Origin: a virus | Taxonomy: Duplodnaviria; Heunggongvirae; Uroviricota; Caudoviricetes | Length of the DNA stretch: 64,000 bases | Direction: 5' to 3' (one strand) | Virus record (IMG/VR): IMGVR_UViG_3300033153_011579 | Shown here: positions 43,472 through 53,858 of the stretch, one piece after another | How the letters are laid out: every line of letters starts with the position of its first letter | Numbering within the stretch: the first letter of the stretch is position 1 | Position numbers and translations under genes: made by a program | Notes under the pieces: model-generated | What the model was told of the DNA's origin: nothing | The model's input: only the letters and a program-made list of their open reading frames with translations | The model's database searches: none

Positions 43472-43582
43472 ATGAAGAAGGGTACGTGCAAGCAGAACAA
43501 GAACAAACGCGGAGCCAAATGGGTCTGCCGGTCGAAGAAAACCGGCAGGGTCAAATTCTCCAAAACAAAGCTCTACAAGTGA
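43472..43582 (+). CDS. ultrabasic mini-protein (36 aa; MKKGTCKQNKNKRGAKWVCRSKKTGRVKFSKTKLYK)
   Basis: RBS GGAGGAG then ATG. Confidence 0.35.
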   Translation: MKKGTCKQNKNKRGAKWVCRSKKTGRVKFSKTKLYK

Positions 43583-43590
43583 GCTCAACG

Positions 43591-44154
43591 ATGACGGGGT
43601 TTCCCGTCGAGGAGGACCAGAAGATGCGAAAGCGCAGCGATGACGCGGTCTCCGGCAGGGGACCACAGGACGACCAGTTCGTGGAAAAAAACGACGACAC
43701 CGACGTTGGTGCCTACACCATCGAGCCTCTGGCGGGAGTAATGGGCCTCGGGGCCAAAGACTTCCTTCCGCCCGCGGCCGGTGGCCTCGGCTACTTCGTC
43801 GCAACGTGGCTGGTGAACCGCTTCGGCGGGAACATCTCCGGCTACCTGACCCGGTTCGCTCCTCTCGTGGGCGGAGTGCTCGGGGCCTTGCTCAACGGCG
43901 TGGCCTTGCCCTTCGTCGCCAAGGGAAACGGGAAGAAGATGGTGGCGCAAGCCGCCGCCACTTCGCTGACCATGGGGATCATGTCCCAGATCCTCCGCGA
44001 GACCTCTGGCCTCGGAGCAGTCGTCATCGACCGGATCGCAGGAGCCGGTCCGATGGGTGCGCTCCCCGGCCCGACAGTCCACGGCGCAGGGACGATGCCC
44101 AGGCAGATCCGACAGACACTCGACAAGAGCGTCTATGGAAACTCGTGGGGCTAG
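43591..44154 (+). CDS. hydrophobic Gly-rich protein (187 aa)
   Basis: ORF. Confidence 0.45.
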   Translation: MTGFPVEEDQKMRKRSDDAVSGRGPQDDQFVEKNDDTDVGAYTIEPLAGVMGLGAKDFLPPAAGGLGYFVATWLVNRFGGNISGYLTRFAPLVGGVLGALLNGVALPFVAKGNGKKMVAQAAATSLTMGIMSQILRETSGLGAVVIDRIAGAGPMGALPGPTVHGAGTMPRQIRQTLDKSVYGNSWG

Positions 44155-44218
44155 GCCCCGCAAAACCCGTTAGGTCGATCGCTGAAAAGCACGCCTGACA
44201 CAGAGGAGAAAACAAGCC

Positions 44219-44929
44219 ATGGCCGTCAACACAATCGAATTGCCTTCGGGCGAGATCTTCACCATCGCCGATTGGGGCGATTTCCCGCTGTACTCGCGCG
44301 CCCAGATCGCTCCCGGCAACGCGCAGGACGTGATTGTTTTCAATTACGTCGAAGCCCAGCCGATCCCGGGCGGCGGTGTCGCCGCGGCGCTGTCAACGCT
44401 GATTGACAGCAATCTCGAGCAGGACTCCGCACTGCCCATCGACGAGCAGATGATCGTCTTCTCCGTCCAGATCCGTTTCGACGAAGCGGACTCGGATGCA
44501 GCCGGCCTGGTGACGCAGGCGGACAGCGGTGCAGAGGGCATGATCAAGTGGCTCAACATCACGCACAACACGTATTTCGAGCTGACGGTGACGAGCCAGA
44601 AGCCTCGGGTACAGGGCGTGATCACCGAGTTCCCGATCGGTGGTGGGTTGTACTGGCAGCAGTCCCGTGACACCGGCGCGACCGTGGCCGGCTACACGCC
44701 GACGCCGATGCCGTACGACAACAACGTGGCCTACGAGGTCATCAACGGGTTCCCGACCGCCGAAGCGGCTCGCCGCCTCGCGCTGCCGGTCCACATCCCG
44801 ACGATGCAGACCTTCAAGGGCCGCTTCCGGTGGCCGCGTGGTGCGCTGCCCGCCGGCGGTATCAGCCCGGTGACGGACTTCGGTCTGACCGTGTTCCTCT
44901 ACGGACCGCGTCAGCGCCAGGTCGACTAG
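44219..44929 (+). CDS. putative virion structural protein (236 aa)
   Basis: Position in the morphogenesis block; strong GC3 bias. Confidence 0.5.
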   Translation: MAVNTIELPSGEIFTIADWGDFPLYSRAQIAPGNAQDVIVFNYVEAQPIPGGGVAAALSTLIDSNLEQDSALPIDEQMIVFSVQIRFDEADSDAAGLVTQADSGAEGMIKWLNITHNTYFELTVTSQKPRVQGVITEFPIGGGLYWQQSRDTGATVAGYTPTPMPYDNNVAYEVINGFPTAEAARRLALPVHIPTMQTFKGRFRWPRGALPAGGISPVTDFGLTVFLYGPRQRQVD

Positions 44930-45008
44930 CCGAGCGATCCTACCTATTCACCACTCCCCGAGCCGACCGGCTCGGGGAGTTCCGAGGTGGTAGGATCAGG
45001 AGGCTGGT

Positions 45009-45911
45009 ATGACGGAAAAATTCTTCTCCCCGCGCTGGTTGCACCAGTCCGTAGAGATCGGTGCCACCAGCCACCGGCCAGTTCCCTCGGCGTTCTTCGC
45101 GAACAACGAGGTTTGGAATTGGCATCTGGTGTATCTCGCGATCGTCGGCACTGCCGCGCTCGACGAGGCGGGGAACTACTCGCACGCGCTGGGCGGCGTG
45201 GCCAGGCGCTTGCGCCTGAATATCGGCATGTCGCAGATGGGCGACATCAACGTCGTGCCGTCCAACGGTCACGCGATGTTCGGTCCTAACGAGTCGTACC
45301 TCGTGCACTCGAACGACTTGAACATCGGCGCGGCCCTGCGGTTCGACCCGAAGTATCCTTACCAGCTTCCTCCCGACACGGGCATCGCCGCGCGCGTCAG
45401 GAACGACAACCTGACCTACAACATCGACAACCTCGGCTGTTTGTTCATGGGGTTCGACGAGCCGGCAGGGTTCGGCGAAGGCCCGCGCAACCCGGTCCAC
45501 ATCGGAGCTCGCGCGATCGAGGAGCTGCAGCCCGGCGGCGACTTCACGTTCGACGACGCCGATTTGTTCAACGACGGAGAGCACCCGGCGACCTTGACCG
45601 ACATGGTTTTACAAGGGTTCGCTCTCAATGAGCAGAATGTTTCGAACAACACATGGGACCAGGTCTCCTGGCTCCTGAACCCGAGCACCGGGCCCGAGTG
45701 GATGCCGAACGACCAGCCGATCCCGGTCGGCTGCCTCTGCCCGTTCAACCGCGGCATCCTCGACGCTAACGACGTCGGACCTCGAGCGTACGTCTTCCCG
45801 GAAGAGACGATCATGAAGCCGCGCCAGCGGATCTCGATCGAAGCGTTCAACTACTCGGCGTCGGAGCAGATCTTCGAAGTCTGCCTGTTCGGATATTTGG
45901 AGGTGGCATGA
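45009..45911 (+). CDS. putative virion structural protein (300 aa)
   Basis: Position in the morphogenesis block; strong GC3 bias. Confidence 0.5.
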   Translation: MTEKFFSPRWLHQSVEIGATSHRPVPSAFFANNEVWNWHLVYLAIVGTAALDEAGNYSHALGGVARRLRLNIGMSQMGDINVVPSNGHAMFGPNESYLVHSNDLNIGAALRFDPKYPYQLPPDTGIAARVRNDNLTYNIDNLGCLFMGFDEPAGFGEGPRNPVHIGARAIEELQPGGDFTFDDADLFNDGEHPATLTDMVLQGFALNEQNVSNNTWDQVSWLLNPSTGPEWMPNDQPIPVGCLCPFNRGILDANDVGPRAYVFPEETIMKPRQRISIEAFNYSASEQIFEVCLFGYLEVA

Positions 45912-46738
45912 TGAAGAACTACCTCCCGTTCGCAGTGCGCGAAATCCGGACGTCCGCAGGGGTCAACTGGGCCGGCGGCATCCCGCCGACGCAGAGCGCG
46001 GTCCAGGTCGTCTCGCTCGACGTGGGTTTTGGCGAGAAGGTGATCTTGCAAGACCTGAACGTCTACGCCTACACCGGCGGCGAGGCCGAGCCGTCGACCC
46101 AGCTGCTGATGCGCGTCGGCTACCTCGGCAAGGGATACCTCACCGAGCGCCGGCTGCCCGCCGGACTGTTCATCAACAAGTCCCGCCCGGCGGTACCGGT
46201 CTGGGAGTTCATCAGGCCGTACATCCTCTACCCGAACCAGCAGCTGCGAGCTCGGGTGGCGACGGCCCGGAACGTCTTCGGGAGCCAGGGCCTGATGTTC
46301 AGCGGCGTGAGGCTCAAGGACAACCGTCCTTGCATGCTGTACGACACGACGGAGAACGTGATCGCCGCCGGCGGTGGCGCGGGGTTCGTCGATACCAGCT
46401 TGCGCTGCCCGGGAGACTCCCCGGTCGCGTTGCACTCGGTGTCGATCGCCGACTGGGACTTCACGAAGACCGCCAACACCTCGGTGGTGCAGATCTGGAG
46501 CCCGCACGGTAGGGAGTGGTTCCAGGTGTCGCCGTTCGCCGGGCCGCCCCCGGCAGCCGACCAGAAGTGGATCGACCCCCCCGTCGACATGCTGTCGCTC
46601 GAGGAGTTCCGCGGCTGGAGCATCGGATCAGGCCAGACGTTCCTGGTCGAGTTCGAAAACACCGGACCCGACAACTTCAACGTCATGGTGACCTTACGGG
46701 GCTCCGTGGAGGTCGATGAGGAGGACCGTCATGGTTGA
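45908..46738 (+). CDS. putative virion structural protein (276 aa)
   Basis: ATGA overlap. Confidence 0.5.
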   Translation: MMKNYLPFAVREIRTSAGVNWAGGIPPTQSAVQVVSLDVGFGEKVILQDLNVYAYTGGEAEPSTQLLMRVGYLGKGYLTERRLPAGLFINKSRPAVPVWEFIRPYILYPNQQLRARVATARNVFGSQGLMFSGVRLKDNRPCMLYDTTENVIAAGGGAGFVDTSLRCPGDSPVALHSVSIADWDFTKTANTSVVQIWSPHGREWFQVSPFAGPPPAADQKWIDPPVDMLSLEEFRGWSIGSGQTFLVEFENTGPDNFNVMVTLRGSVEVDEEDRHG

Positions 46739-47660
46739 TCTCGCACAGAGTGAGATGTACAAGACCATCCCCCTCGGCGACGACGTCGCGCGGGAGTTCC
46801 CCTGGTGGCGCGAGGGTCAGACCACCTTCGCGACCGGCGTCGCGTACCGCGAGCAGCGGTTTGTGTTCGGGCCGAACAGCGCGCCCTTGCGCTCCGACCG
46901 CGAGATCCCGATCGACATCACCGAGATCCGGATGATCCTCGATACGACCACCGAGCGCGAGCAGGCGGGAGAGCAGAACACGACGGTTCAGATTTTTCAC
47001 TCGAAGTACGACATCATCAACAGATGGCAGCCGGTGCTGAGCGTCAACACCCTGTGTAACCGGGGGTTCGGTGGCGATACCGCGTCCGCCATGTTCAAGC
47101 TGCCCGCTCCGTACTTCCTGCAGCGCGGCCAGGCGTTCAAGATGGAGCTCGTCCCGCTGACGGCGACCATGGCGAACAGGACGATCGACGTCTGCCTACG
47201 AGGCTGGGACCCGTTCAACAAGTTCCCATGCGTCATGTCCAAGCAGATCGCCCTGGGCGCGGCCAACGCCAAGGTCGACCTCGTGTTCGACGAGAACCGT
47301 GACGCCGCCATGCGCAGCATGTGGATCCGGGACATCACGTTCGGGTTCAGCGAGGTGAACGCCGCGGCAGCGCCGAGGTCGATCACCGACCATATCCGCG
47401 TGCGGTTCCATCCGGGGATGGGCCCGAAGTGGACCGACGATATGACGATTGGCACGAGGTTGTCAGGCCTCGTGCACGACGACAGCTACGTCTCGGCGGT
47501 CGGAGCATATCGGCCGACCACGAGGTTCGTTCCCAAAGCTCCAATCGTCCTGCGGCCCCGAGAGGTGTTGACGATCAAGGTGAGGAACGAGGTGGCCATC
47601 GCCTCCGGGCCTCACACCTGGTACTGCTGGGTGATCGGTACGCAGAAGGGAAGGTACTAG
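46716..47660 (+). CDS. putative virion structural protein (314 aa)
   Basis: Overlaps the previous gene. Confidence 0.5.
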   Translation: MRRTVMVDLAQSEMYKTIPLGDDVAREFPWWREGQTTFATGVAYREQRFVFGPNSAPLRSDREIPIDITEIRMILDTTTEREQAGEQNTTVQIFHSKYDIINRWQPVLSVNTLCNRGFGGDTASAMFKLPAPYFLQRGQAFKMELVPLTATMANRTIDVCLRGWDPFNKFPCVMSKQIALGAANAKVDLVFDENRDAAMRSMWIRDITFGFSEVNAAAAPRSITDHIRVRFHPGMGPKWTDDMTIGTRLSGLVHDDSYVSAVGAYRPTTRFVPKAPIVLRPREVLTIKVRNEVAIASGPHTWYCWVIGTQKGRY

Positions 47661-47945
47661 ATGCTGAAGGGCATTCCGCTGCGCGCCATCGCCACCGTCA
47701 TCGCCGGGCCGTTCCCCTCCGCGACCACAGTCGAGGTGGTGTCGACCACGATGTACGACGACCACCGGGAGGGGTCGATGTGCTGGGTCAGCGACGAGGG
47801 GGCAGCCAACTGCCGTGTTGGGCACGGCTTCCCGCTCGAGCCGGGCACCAAGGTCGAGGTCGAGCTCGCCTCCGGCCAGGAGTTGTACGCGATCACGCAG
47901 TCGATCGCTCGGCTCGGAGTTTCGGTAAAGGGAACGCGATGGTGA
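47661..47945 (+). CDS. hypothetical protein (94 aa)
   Basis: ORF. Confidence 0.45.
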   Translation: MLKGIPLRAIATVIAGPFPSATTVEVVSTTMYDDHREGSMCWVSDEGAANCRVGHGFPLEPGTKVEVELASGQELYAITQSIARLGVSVKGTRW

Positions 47946-48112
47946 GAAAAAAGAAACTGTCGGCCGCGCAGAAGATGAAGCTCGCCATGCTCAACAAGGT
48001 GTTCGACATGGCGGACGCGTTCGTCAAGGGCGCGGGAGCTCCGCGCAAGAAGGCCACTAGTGGCCACCTCGCCGGCGGCGTGGCCCCAGCCCCGTGCGGG
48101 AAGTGCGACTGA
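47939..48112 (+). CDS. small basic protein (57 aa) containing palindrome GGCCACTAGTGGCC
   Basis: ORF. Confidence 0.35.
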   Translation: MVRKKKLSAAQKMKLAMLNKVFDMADAFVKGAGAPRKKATSGHLAGGVAPAPCGKCD

Positions 48113-49047
48113 TGGAAGAAACGCCACAATTCCTCGACTGGAACAAGCCGATCCCGGTGGGGGTCTGGCGCGTGGCGATGTTCGTGTTCAACGACCGGGT
48201 GATGCAGGGCTATGGCGACGAGTATGTCGCCAACTACATCACGTACTGGGGGGCGAGGGTCGGTCTCGACGTCTCGAAAAACCATATCGTCAAGGGCGCG
48301 TACAAGGTTCAACTCGGCGCGGACCCAGCAACCCCGTGGTTCGTGTACGTGAGGAACACCGTGAAGGGCCTCACGTCGGTGGAAGTCTTCAAGACGACGA
48401 AGATGCTGGTGTGGTTCTTCGAGCAAGCCACCGAGGGCTGGATGGCCAACTACCTCGAGACGGCCCAGGGGCATCTCGGTGCGGGCATCAGGCAAGCCAA
48501 CCCACCGCAGTGGGCGACCTCCGATTCGTTTCTGCTCGCCGAGCGCTGGTACGGCGTGGCCACCATCTGGAAAGACGTCGCGCCCAACCCGAACTTGATA
48601 GAGGACAAGCTCCAAAAAATGGGGCTCGACATCTGGAGCGGTCCGGGGGGCGTCGTCTACAAGGACGACAATCCACGGGTCATGATCCTGTCGCTCTACA
48701 CGGGCGATAAGCCCCGGCGGGTGGGGGACATCCAAAAGGCGATTGGTGCCAAGGCTCTCGTCGTCGACCTCAACCATTTTGAAAAGAACTACACGAAGGA
48801 CAAGTCGGACAAGATCTACGAGGCGTCCGGGGCGATGCTCGAGACGATTGGCGATATGGCGGTTGGGATCTCCGAAGGTCTCGAGAACGCCACCGACCTC
48901 GTACCCACGGTGTTCGACATCCTCGGCTGGATCGCGAAGTGGGGACCGTTCATCGCGGTCGGCGCGGTCGCGCTCTACTTCGGCCCTCGGGTGCTGACGG
49001 CAGCCAAGAAGAGCCGAGGCGAGTGGAAGAAGGCGAGGGCGGCATGA
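48112..49047 (+). CDS. hypothetical protein (311 aa; C-terminal TM)
   Basis: TGATG overlap; the ORF-table alternative start is 48094. Confidence 0.5.
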   Translation: MEETPQFLDWNKPIPVGVWRVAMFVFNDRVMQGYGDEYVANYITYWGARVGLDVSKNHIVKGAYKVQLGADPATPWFVYVRNTVKGLTSVEVFKTTKMLVWFFEQATEGWMANYLETAQGHLGAGIRQANPPQWATSDSFLLAERWYGVATIWKDVAPNPNLIEDKLQKMGLDIWSGPGGVVYKDDNPRVMILSLYTGDKPRRVGDIQKAIGAKALVVDLNHFEKNYTKDKSDKIYEASGAMLETIGDMAVGISEGLENATDLVPTVFDILGWIAKWGPFIAVGAVALYFGPRVLTAAKKSRGEWKKARAA

Positions 49048-49364
49048 CGAGCAAGCAAAAGATCATCGCGGGAGTCGCCGCGGGAGCCGCCGCCGCCCTG
49101 ATCACCGGTCTCGTCATCTGGCGCTCCCGGAAGAGGCTCGCGCTCGCCGCTCTTAAATACGAAGTCGATCCTTTATATAAGGCCCCCGCCGGCCTCAAGA
49201 CGCTGAAGCTCAGGAGCGTGCCGAAAGCCGCGGTGGTGGCCGTTAGAAAAATACACGGCAAGTTCAAGCTGCACCAGGCGTTCAGGGACACCGACGCCAT
49301 GTACTTGGTAGAAATCCACGAGGGGTTCGACCCGCTCGTGTTTCGAGTGAGGAGAAAGACATGA
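49044..49364 (+). CDS. membrane-anchored small protein (106 aa)
   Basis: N-terminal TM segment IIAGVAAGAAAALITGLVIW. Confidence 0.45.
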   Translation: MTSKQKIIAGVAAGAAAALITGLVIWRSRKRLALAALKYEVDPLYKAPAGLKTLKLRSVPKAAVVAVRKIHGKFKLHQAFRDTDAMYLVEIHEGFDPLVFRVRRKT

Positions 49365-50419
49365 GAGGCAATCCCTACGATTGGATCAACCAGACTCGCG
49401 AGCACAAGGTGTTCGGAACTCGGCACTACCCGCTGATCGCCGGGCTCGCTGGGAAGTCCAACGGCTACCCGGCGTTCGCCATGCAGGTCCAGAGCCTGCC
49501 TGGTCTGCAGCGCAACCAGTACATCCGCGAGTGGCGGCAGTGGTTCGGGCGGCACGGCAAGAGCTGGGAGAAGATGGGCTGCCTCAAGGAAAACCGTCTC
49601 GGCCAGTACACCGACCGCTACAGGTGGACCGAGTGGAAGCCGGGCCTCGGTGCCTTCGGGTCGTTCGATACGAGCGTCGGGATGGGCTGGACCGCGATGG
49701 GGAACCCCGGCGCGAACTTCATCCCCAAGACGAACGTCATCCCGATCCCGGGGTACCCCGGCTGGGTACGCCAGATCGGCATGCTGAAGTACGACAAGGT
49801 CGGCGACGCGTGGCCCTGGTGTCTCGTGTACGCCAAGACCGACGGCTCGCAGTACGTCTGGTACTACAAGTACTCGGCGTCTCAGCCTCCGTTCCCCGGA
49901 GTCCCGCAGCCGACCGGCGGTGGCGACGACATCGGCACCGCGATCCCGAGCTCGACGAAGGCCGCGGTCACCGCGCTCCAGAAGGCGCTCAACCTCGCCG
50001 ACGCCAGGGACTCGCACAACAGGAAGCTGAACGAGGACGGCAACATCGGGCCCGACACGTGCTACGCGGCGTACCAGTTCAAGTCGGAGATGGGGCTCGG
50101 TACCGGAGCTGGGCTGCCCGCGGAGTTCTGGCTCTACCTCGGCCTGCCCGAGTCGTACGTCAAGTACAAGAACATCTGCTCGGCCTACTCGAGTGGAACG
50201 GAACCGAAAAAAACGACCAAACAACCGGGGCCGCTACCGGAGGAAGAGACTCCCGACCCGACGGTCAAGGCGGGCGACGCACCGCTCTCGATCTCGAAGG
50301 CGGGCCTCGGTGGCAAGAAGATGCTCCTGCTCGGCGGGGCCCTCCTGTTCGGGGGGCTCGTCGTGCTCGGTCGTAAGAAGAAGAAGCGCGGAAAACGCTC
50401 CAAGAAGAGGAGAAAATAA
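49361..50419 (+). CDS. peptidoglycan-binding-domain protein with C-terminal TM anchor and poly-basic tail (352 aa)
   Basis: VTALQKALN...DGNIGPDTCYAAYQFKSEMGL fits the PG_binding_1 pattern; C-terminal LLLGGALLFGGLVVLGRKKKKRGKRSKKRRK. Confidence 0.5.
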   Translation: MRGNPYDWINQTREHKVFGTRHYPLIAGLAGKSNGYPAFAMQVQSLPGLQRNQYIREWRQWFGRHGKSWEKMGCLKENRLGQYTDRYRWTEWKPGLGAFGSFDTSVGMGWTAMGNPGANFIPKTNVIPIPGYPGWVRQIGMLKYDKVGDAWPWCLVYAKTDGSQYVWYYKYSASQPPFPGVPQPTGGGDDIGTAIPSSTKAAVTALQKALNLADARDSHNRKLNEDGNIGPDTCYAAYQFKSEMGLGTGAGLPAEFWLYLGLPESYVKYKNICSAYSSGTEPKKTTKQPGPLPEEETPDPTVKAGDAPLSISKAGLGGKKMLLLGGALLFGGLVVLGRKKKKRGKRSKKRRK

Positions 50420-50988
50420 TGCCGTCCAAGAAGAGCAAGAAGAAGCGCGGGAAGAAAAAAGGGAGTCCGCTCCCACTCGTGATCGCCGCGGCGGCCATCG
50501 GTCTCGCCCTCTTCTTCGTGAGCAAGAAGGGGTCCGCCGGAGTGCCCAAGGACATCCCCAAGGGGAAGGGTCCCGGGAAGGCACCTCCCGCAGGAGCGCC
50601 GGCCAGCGCGCGCCCAGCTCCCGAGCTCACCGCGGCTCCGGACCCCGTGCCGACGGGAGAAGCGATCGACGACGCGCCGGCACCGACCAGTTCCGGCGAC
50701 ACCGGGCCGAGCGACCCGCTGAAGGCGGCCGGCTGGAAATGGGGCTTCATGGGATCTGTCGACCCCGACGAGGCATGGTCCGTCGGCGAGGTCATCAGCC
50801 CTTCACAGCTGCCGTTTGGTGCGGACAACCTGATCCAGGTGAGCCCGCTCGACACGGTCGAGGTGGCCTACTACCTCGCGTCGCAGGAGATGCTGACGCC
50901 TGGCTACTACGTGGTCGGGCAGATCAACTCGGAGGGCTTCTCCTTCGAGCCGCCCTTCTGGGGCATCATCCACGTCTGGCAGGAGTAG
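50419..50988 (+). CDS. membrane-anchored protein (189 aa; basic N-terminus + TM)
   Basis: MPSKKSKKKRGKKKGSPLPLVIAAAAIGLALFFV. Confidence 0.5.
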   Translation: MPSKKSKKKRGKKKGSPLPLVIAAAAIGLALFFVSKKGSAGVPKDIPKGKGPGKAPPAGAPASARPAPELTAAPDPVPTGEAIDDAPAPTSSGDTGPSDPLKAAGWKWGFMGSVDPDEAWSVGEVISPSQLPFGADNLIQVSPLDTVEVAYYLASQEMLTPGYYVVGQINSEGFSFEPPFWGIIHVWQE

Positions 50989-50994
50989 GGAAAG

Positions 50995-51648
50995 ATGCCG
51001 TCGCCGCACAGCTATTACAGCTACCTGAAGATCTACAACGGGTCTGTGGGAGAATCGCCGCGCAAGGGGGCTTTTTACATCCCCAAGCATGGCGAGGCAC
51101 TCACGAGGATCGCCAAGCAGGCGTACGGGTTCGTGACCAGTACGCTCGCCGGCGTCCAGATGATCAACAGATCAGCATGGAATCGCAATGCGGCGAAGCA
51201 GGGTGCGTTCAAGTATCGCGTGACGTCGACTTCTTGCAAGTCGAAGATGGCCAACCCGGACAACGCGCTCACTACCCAGGGCTACAACAAGGGGGCCTGG
51301 CTCGCGCTGTGCCCGCCTTACCCGCTGTTCTGGATCCCGGCGAAGGCGGGCCAGATGCCGGAAGACCTCGCGCCTCCGGACGCCCCCCCCGGTCCCCCCG
51401 GAGCGACCTTCAAGGCACCGCCGAAGTCGCGTGGTGGAAGAGTGACGACGAAGAAGAGAGCCGGGGTCAAGACCACCAGGCAATCGCCCGGTCCGGGGAC
51501 GCAGTCGCCCTACTACCAGGGCCAGGGGACGTCGGGCTCGAGGAAGACGGCTCTCGCCGGCGTCGGGTCGCCGTGGATGCTGCTCGCCCTCGCGTTGCTC
51601 GCAGCCGGAGGATACGTATGGTACAGGCGGCGGAACAAGAAGAAGTAG
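50995..51648 (+). CDS. protein with C-terminal TM anchor (217 aa)
   Basis: C-terminal WMLLALALLAAGGYVWYRRRNKKK. Confidence 0.5.
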   Translation: MPSPHSYYSYLKIYNGSVGESPRKGAFYIPKHGEALTRIAKQAYGFVTSTLAGVQMINRSAWNRNAAKQGAFKYRVTSTSCKSKMANPDNALTTQGYNKGAWLALCPPYPLFWIPAKAGQMPEDLAPPDAPPGPPGATFKAPPKSRGGRVTTKKRAGVKTTRQSPGPGTQSPYYQGQGTSGSRKTALAGVGSPWMLLALALLAAGGYVWYRRRNKKK

Positions 51649-51753
51649 AGACCAAGCGGTGCTCGATCTTCAAACCCTTCTCTGACCCTGTTTTTTCAAA
51701 GACAGTAACAGTCGTCCTTTGCCCTCGATGCGGGGCGACACCAGAGGTGATGC

Positions 51754-53571
51754 ATGGGTAACGAAAAGGGGCAGGAGCCCAAAACCCCTTCGAAGAGGAA
51801 GATGAACGACCGGAGGGTGACGCAGGCCCAGGTCGGCGTCGAGCAGCCGACCGACCGCGACGAGGGTTGGGACGTCTCGAAATTCCGGCAGATCATCTTT
51901 TCGATGCACCCGGTCGACCCGGACATCGACGACGTGGGTGCCGTCGGCTGGATCGCGTACGTCAAGGTCTGGCGCTTCAAGCTCGCCAACCGCTGGGGTA
52001 CCGGCAGCTCGGGAGGACAGTGGTACGCCGAGGACGAGCTCATCATCTCGATGGACGGCGATGTCGCGAACGGCGGCCCGATGGAGTACCAGCTGCCGAC
52101 GTGGAACGCCGAGAAGATGTTCTTCCAAGTGGTGCTCTCCGAGGGCGGTCCCGATACGTGGCAAGCCGCGCAGACCATCTCCGGGCTCGTCCCGCAGTCG
52201 TGCGAGTGCGAAGCGGACGTCGGCAGTATCGGTGGCGGCGGTGGGTCCGGTGGAATCGTCGTCTCGAACCTGTTCGATCTGATGGCCCACAACGACTACA
52301 CGTACAGCTCGCTTCGTGGCGATTTCGTCGCCACCAGGATTGCCGCGAACTCCATCCTGGTCAGCGGGCTCGACTTCGCGGTCGAAGAGCGGCAGATCCT
52401 GGCGATCGGCCTCAAGCGCTCGGGGACAACGTCCAGAACGCGCATGTGGTATCGCGACGACACCCTGCGTGTCGACTACACGCCAGGAACCTCGCTCATC
52501 GTGCACGCTGGCTTCACCAGCGACGCCCTGGACGAGGTGATCGTCTTCCTCGAGGGACCGTCCAAGGTGGACGACCCCACGAACCGAGCTCGACGCAACA
52601 AGACCGTCAACCCCGACCCGAAGCATGTCGCGACCGACGGGATTTTTCTCGACATCACGAAAGCCGAGCAGGCCGACGACGATTATTTCCCGTTCATGAT
52701 GAACCAGGACGGCTACCACTGGCTGTCGACGATGATCACCCTGACCGAGGACACCGTCGTGACGCTCGAGGCGACAAACGACCTCGCAGCGGACGGTGCC
52801 GAGGAATGGTACGACGTCACCGAGGAGGTGCTCGGCGTCGCCTCGGTCACCACGGCGAACGACGACCAGGCCTTCCCACCGCAGTGCTGGGTCGGCTGGC
52901 GACGGATGCGCTGGGTGGTCGGTGAGACCGGCTCTGGCGGTACCTGCAAGCTCTACATGCTGAGATCGGCCTATGGCAACCACTGGGTGCCCGTCGCCCG
53001 TGAGGGCCTCCCAGCGCTCCATGGCGGCCTCCCGGTGATGGGCGAAGCTCGAGCTGTCCAGGCCCCGGCCATCGCCGCGCTGTCCGCTGGGAAGTTCGTC
53101 ACGAACCTCTTCAAGGAGCTCGTCGGAGCAGCCTTCGACTGGGCCGTCGGAGCAGACCGCGGAGAAGAGGTCGACCCCGTCGACACGCGGGACTACACGA
53201 ACGTCATGGCCGAAGTCACCGGCCAAGGGGATGGTGATTTTTACTACTACCTCGACATGGCCCACTTCACAAAAGTGGGCATCCAGATCGAGAACGTCGA
53301 TGGAATAGCCGGCGACAACACCTACACGATCCATGGCTCGGAGCAGGACGACGGTACTGCACCGAACGCCGTTATCTACCAGGACATCACGCAGTTCGGG
53401 TGTGACAACATGAGAGCAGCCAACGCCGCGAACTACACGGCGGACGTCCTGTTGCAACTGAACGCCGCCGGGCTCTCGTACAAGTGGATCATGGTTCATG
53501 TCGAGCGCGCCAATGATGGCGCAAACACCGACGGCGAGTGGACCATCCTCGCCCGTCCGCTCTACCACTAG
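51754..53571 (+). CDS. large virion protein (605 aa), candidate major structural protein
   Basis: Largest ORF of the block; the antisense ORF 51670-53568 was rejected. Confidence 0.5.
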   Translation: MGNEKGQEPKTPSKRKMNDRRVTQAQVGVEQPTDRDEGWDVSKFRQIIFSMHPVDPDIDDVGAVGWIAYVKVWRFKLANRWGTGSSGGQWYAEDELIISMDGDVANGGPMEYQLPTWNAEKMFFQVVLSEGGPDTWQAAQTISGLVPQSCECEADVGSIGGGGGSGGIVVSNLFDLMAHNDYTYSSLRGDFVATRIAANSILVSGLDFAVEERQILAIGLKRSGTTSRTRMWYRDDTLRVDYTPGTSLIVHAGFTSDALDEVIVFLEGPSKVDDPTNRARRNKTVNPDPKHVATDGIFLDITKAEQADDDYFPFMMNQDGYHWLSTMITLTEDTVVTLEATNDLAADGAEEWYDVTEEVLGVASVTTANDDQAFPPQCWVGWRRMRWVVGETGSGGTCKLYMLRSAYGNHWVPVAREGLPALHGGLPVMGEARAVQAPAIAALSAGKFVTNLFKELVGAAFDWAVGADRGEEVDPVDTRDYTNVMAEVTGQGDGDFYYYLDMAHFTKVGIQIENVDGIAGDNTYTIHGSEQDDGTAPNAVIYQDITQFGCDNMRAANAANYTADVLLQLNAAGLSYKWIMVHVERANDGANTDGEWTILARPLYH

Positions 53572-53582
53572 GAGATTTTCAC

Positions 53583-53858
53583 GTGGGAATAGACATCAAA
53601 GCAGAACTCAGCAAGCTGGCGCTCGCCAACCTGGTCGATATTCCGCAATCTTCCGGAAAACCCCCAGGGGTGCCGGACATCACCAAAGCCAAGGCGCTCG
53701 CCGTTCTCAACAAGCTCCGCGAGATCGCCAAGCACAACGGCTACCGTGGGATCGCCAAGGCCGAAAAAATCCCCGAAAAATGGGTCAGGAAGCTCGACCT
53801 GCTGCGCAAGGAAGTCATCGCCGAGAAGCAACCCAAAGAGATCGAGGATCTCGAATAG
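53583..53858 (+). CDS. hypothetical protein (91 aa; GTG start)
   Basis: ORF. Confidence 0.45.
   Translation: MGIDIKAELSKLALANLVDIPQSSGKPPGVPDITKAKALAVLNKLREIAKHNGYRGIAKAEKIPEKWVRKLDLLRKEVIAEKQPKEIEDLE

Noticed and set aside
51670-53568. Antisense ORF of 632 aa opposite the 605-aa virion gene.
   Set aside because: Same reasoning. Its composition is Arg/Gly/Val-rich and typical of GC-rich antisense frames.
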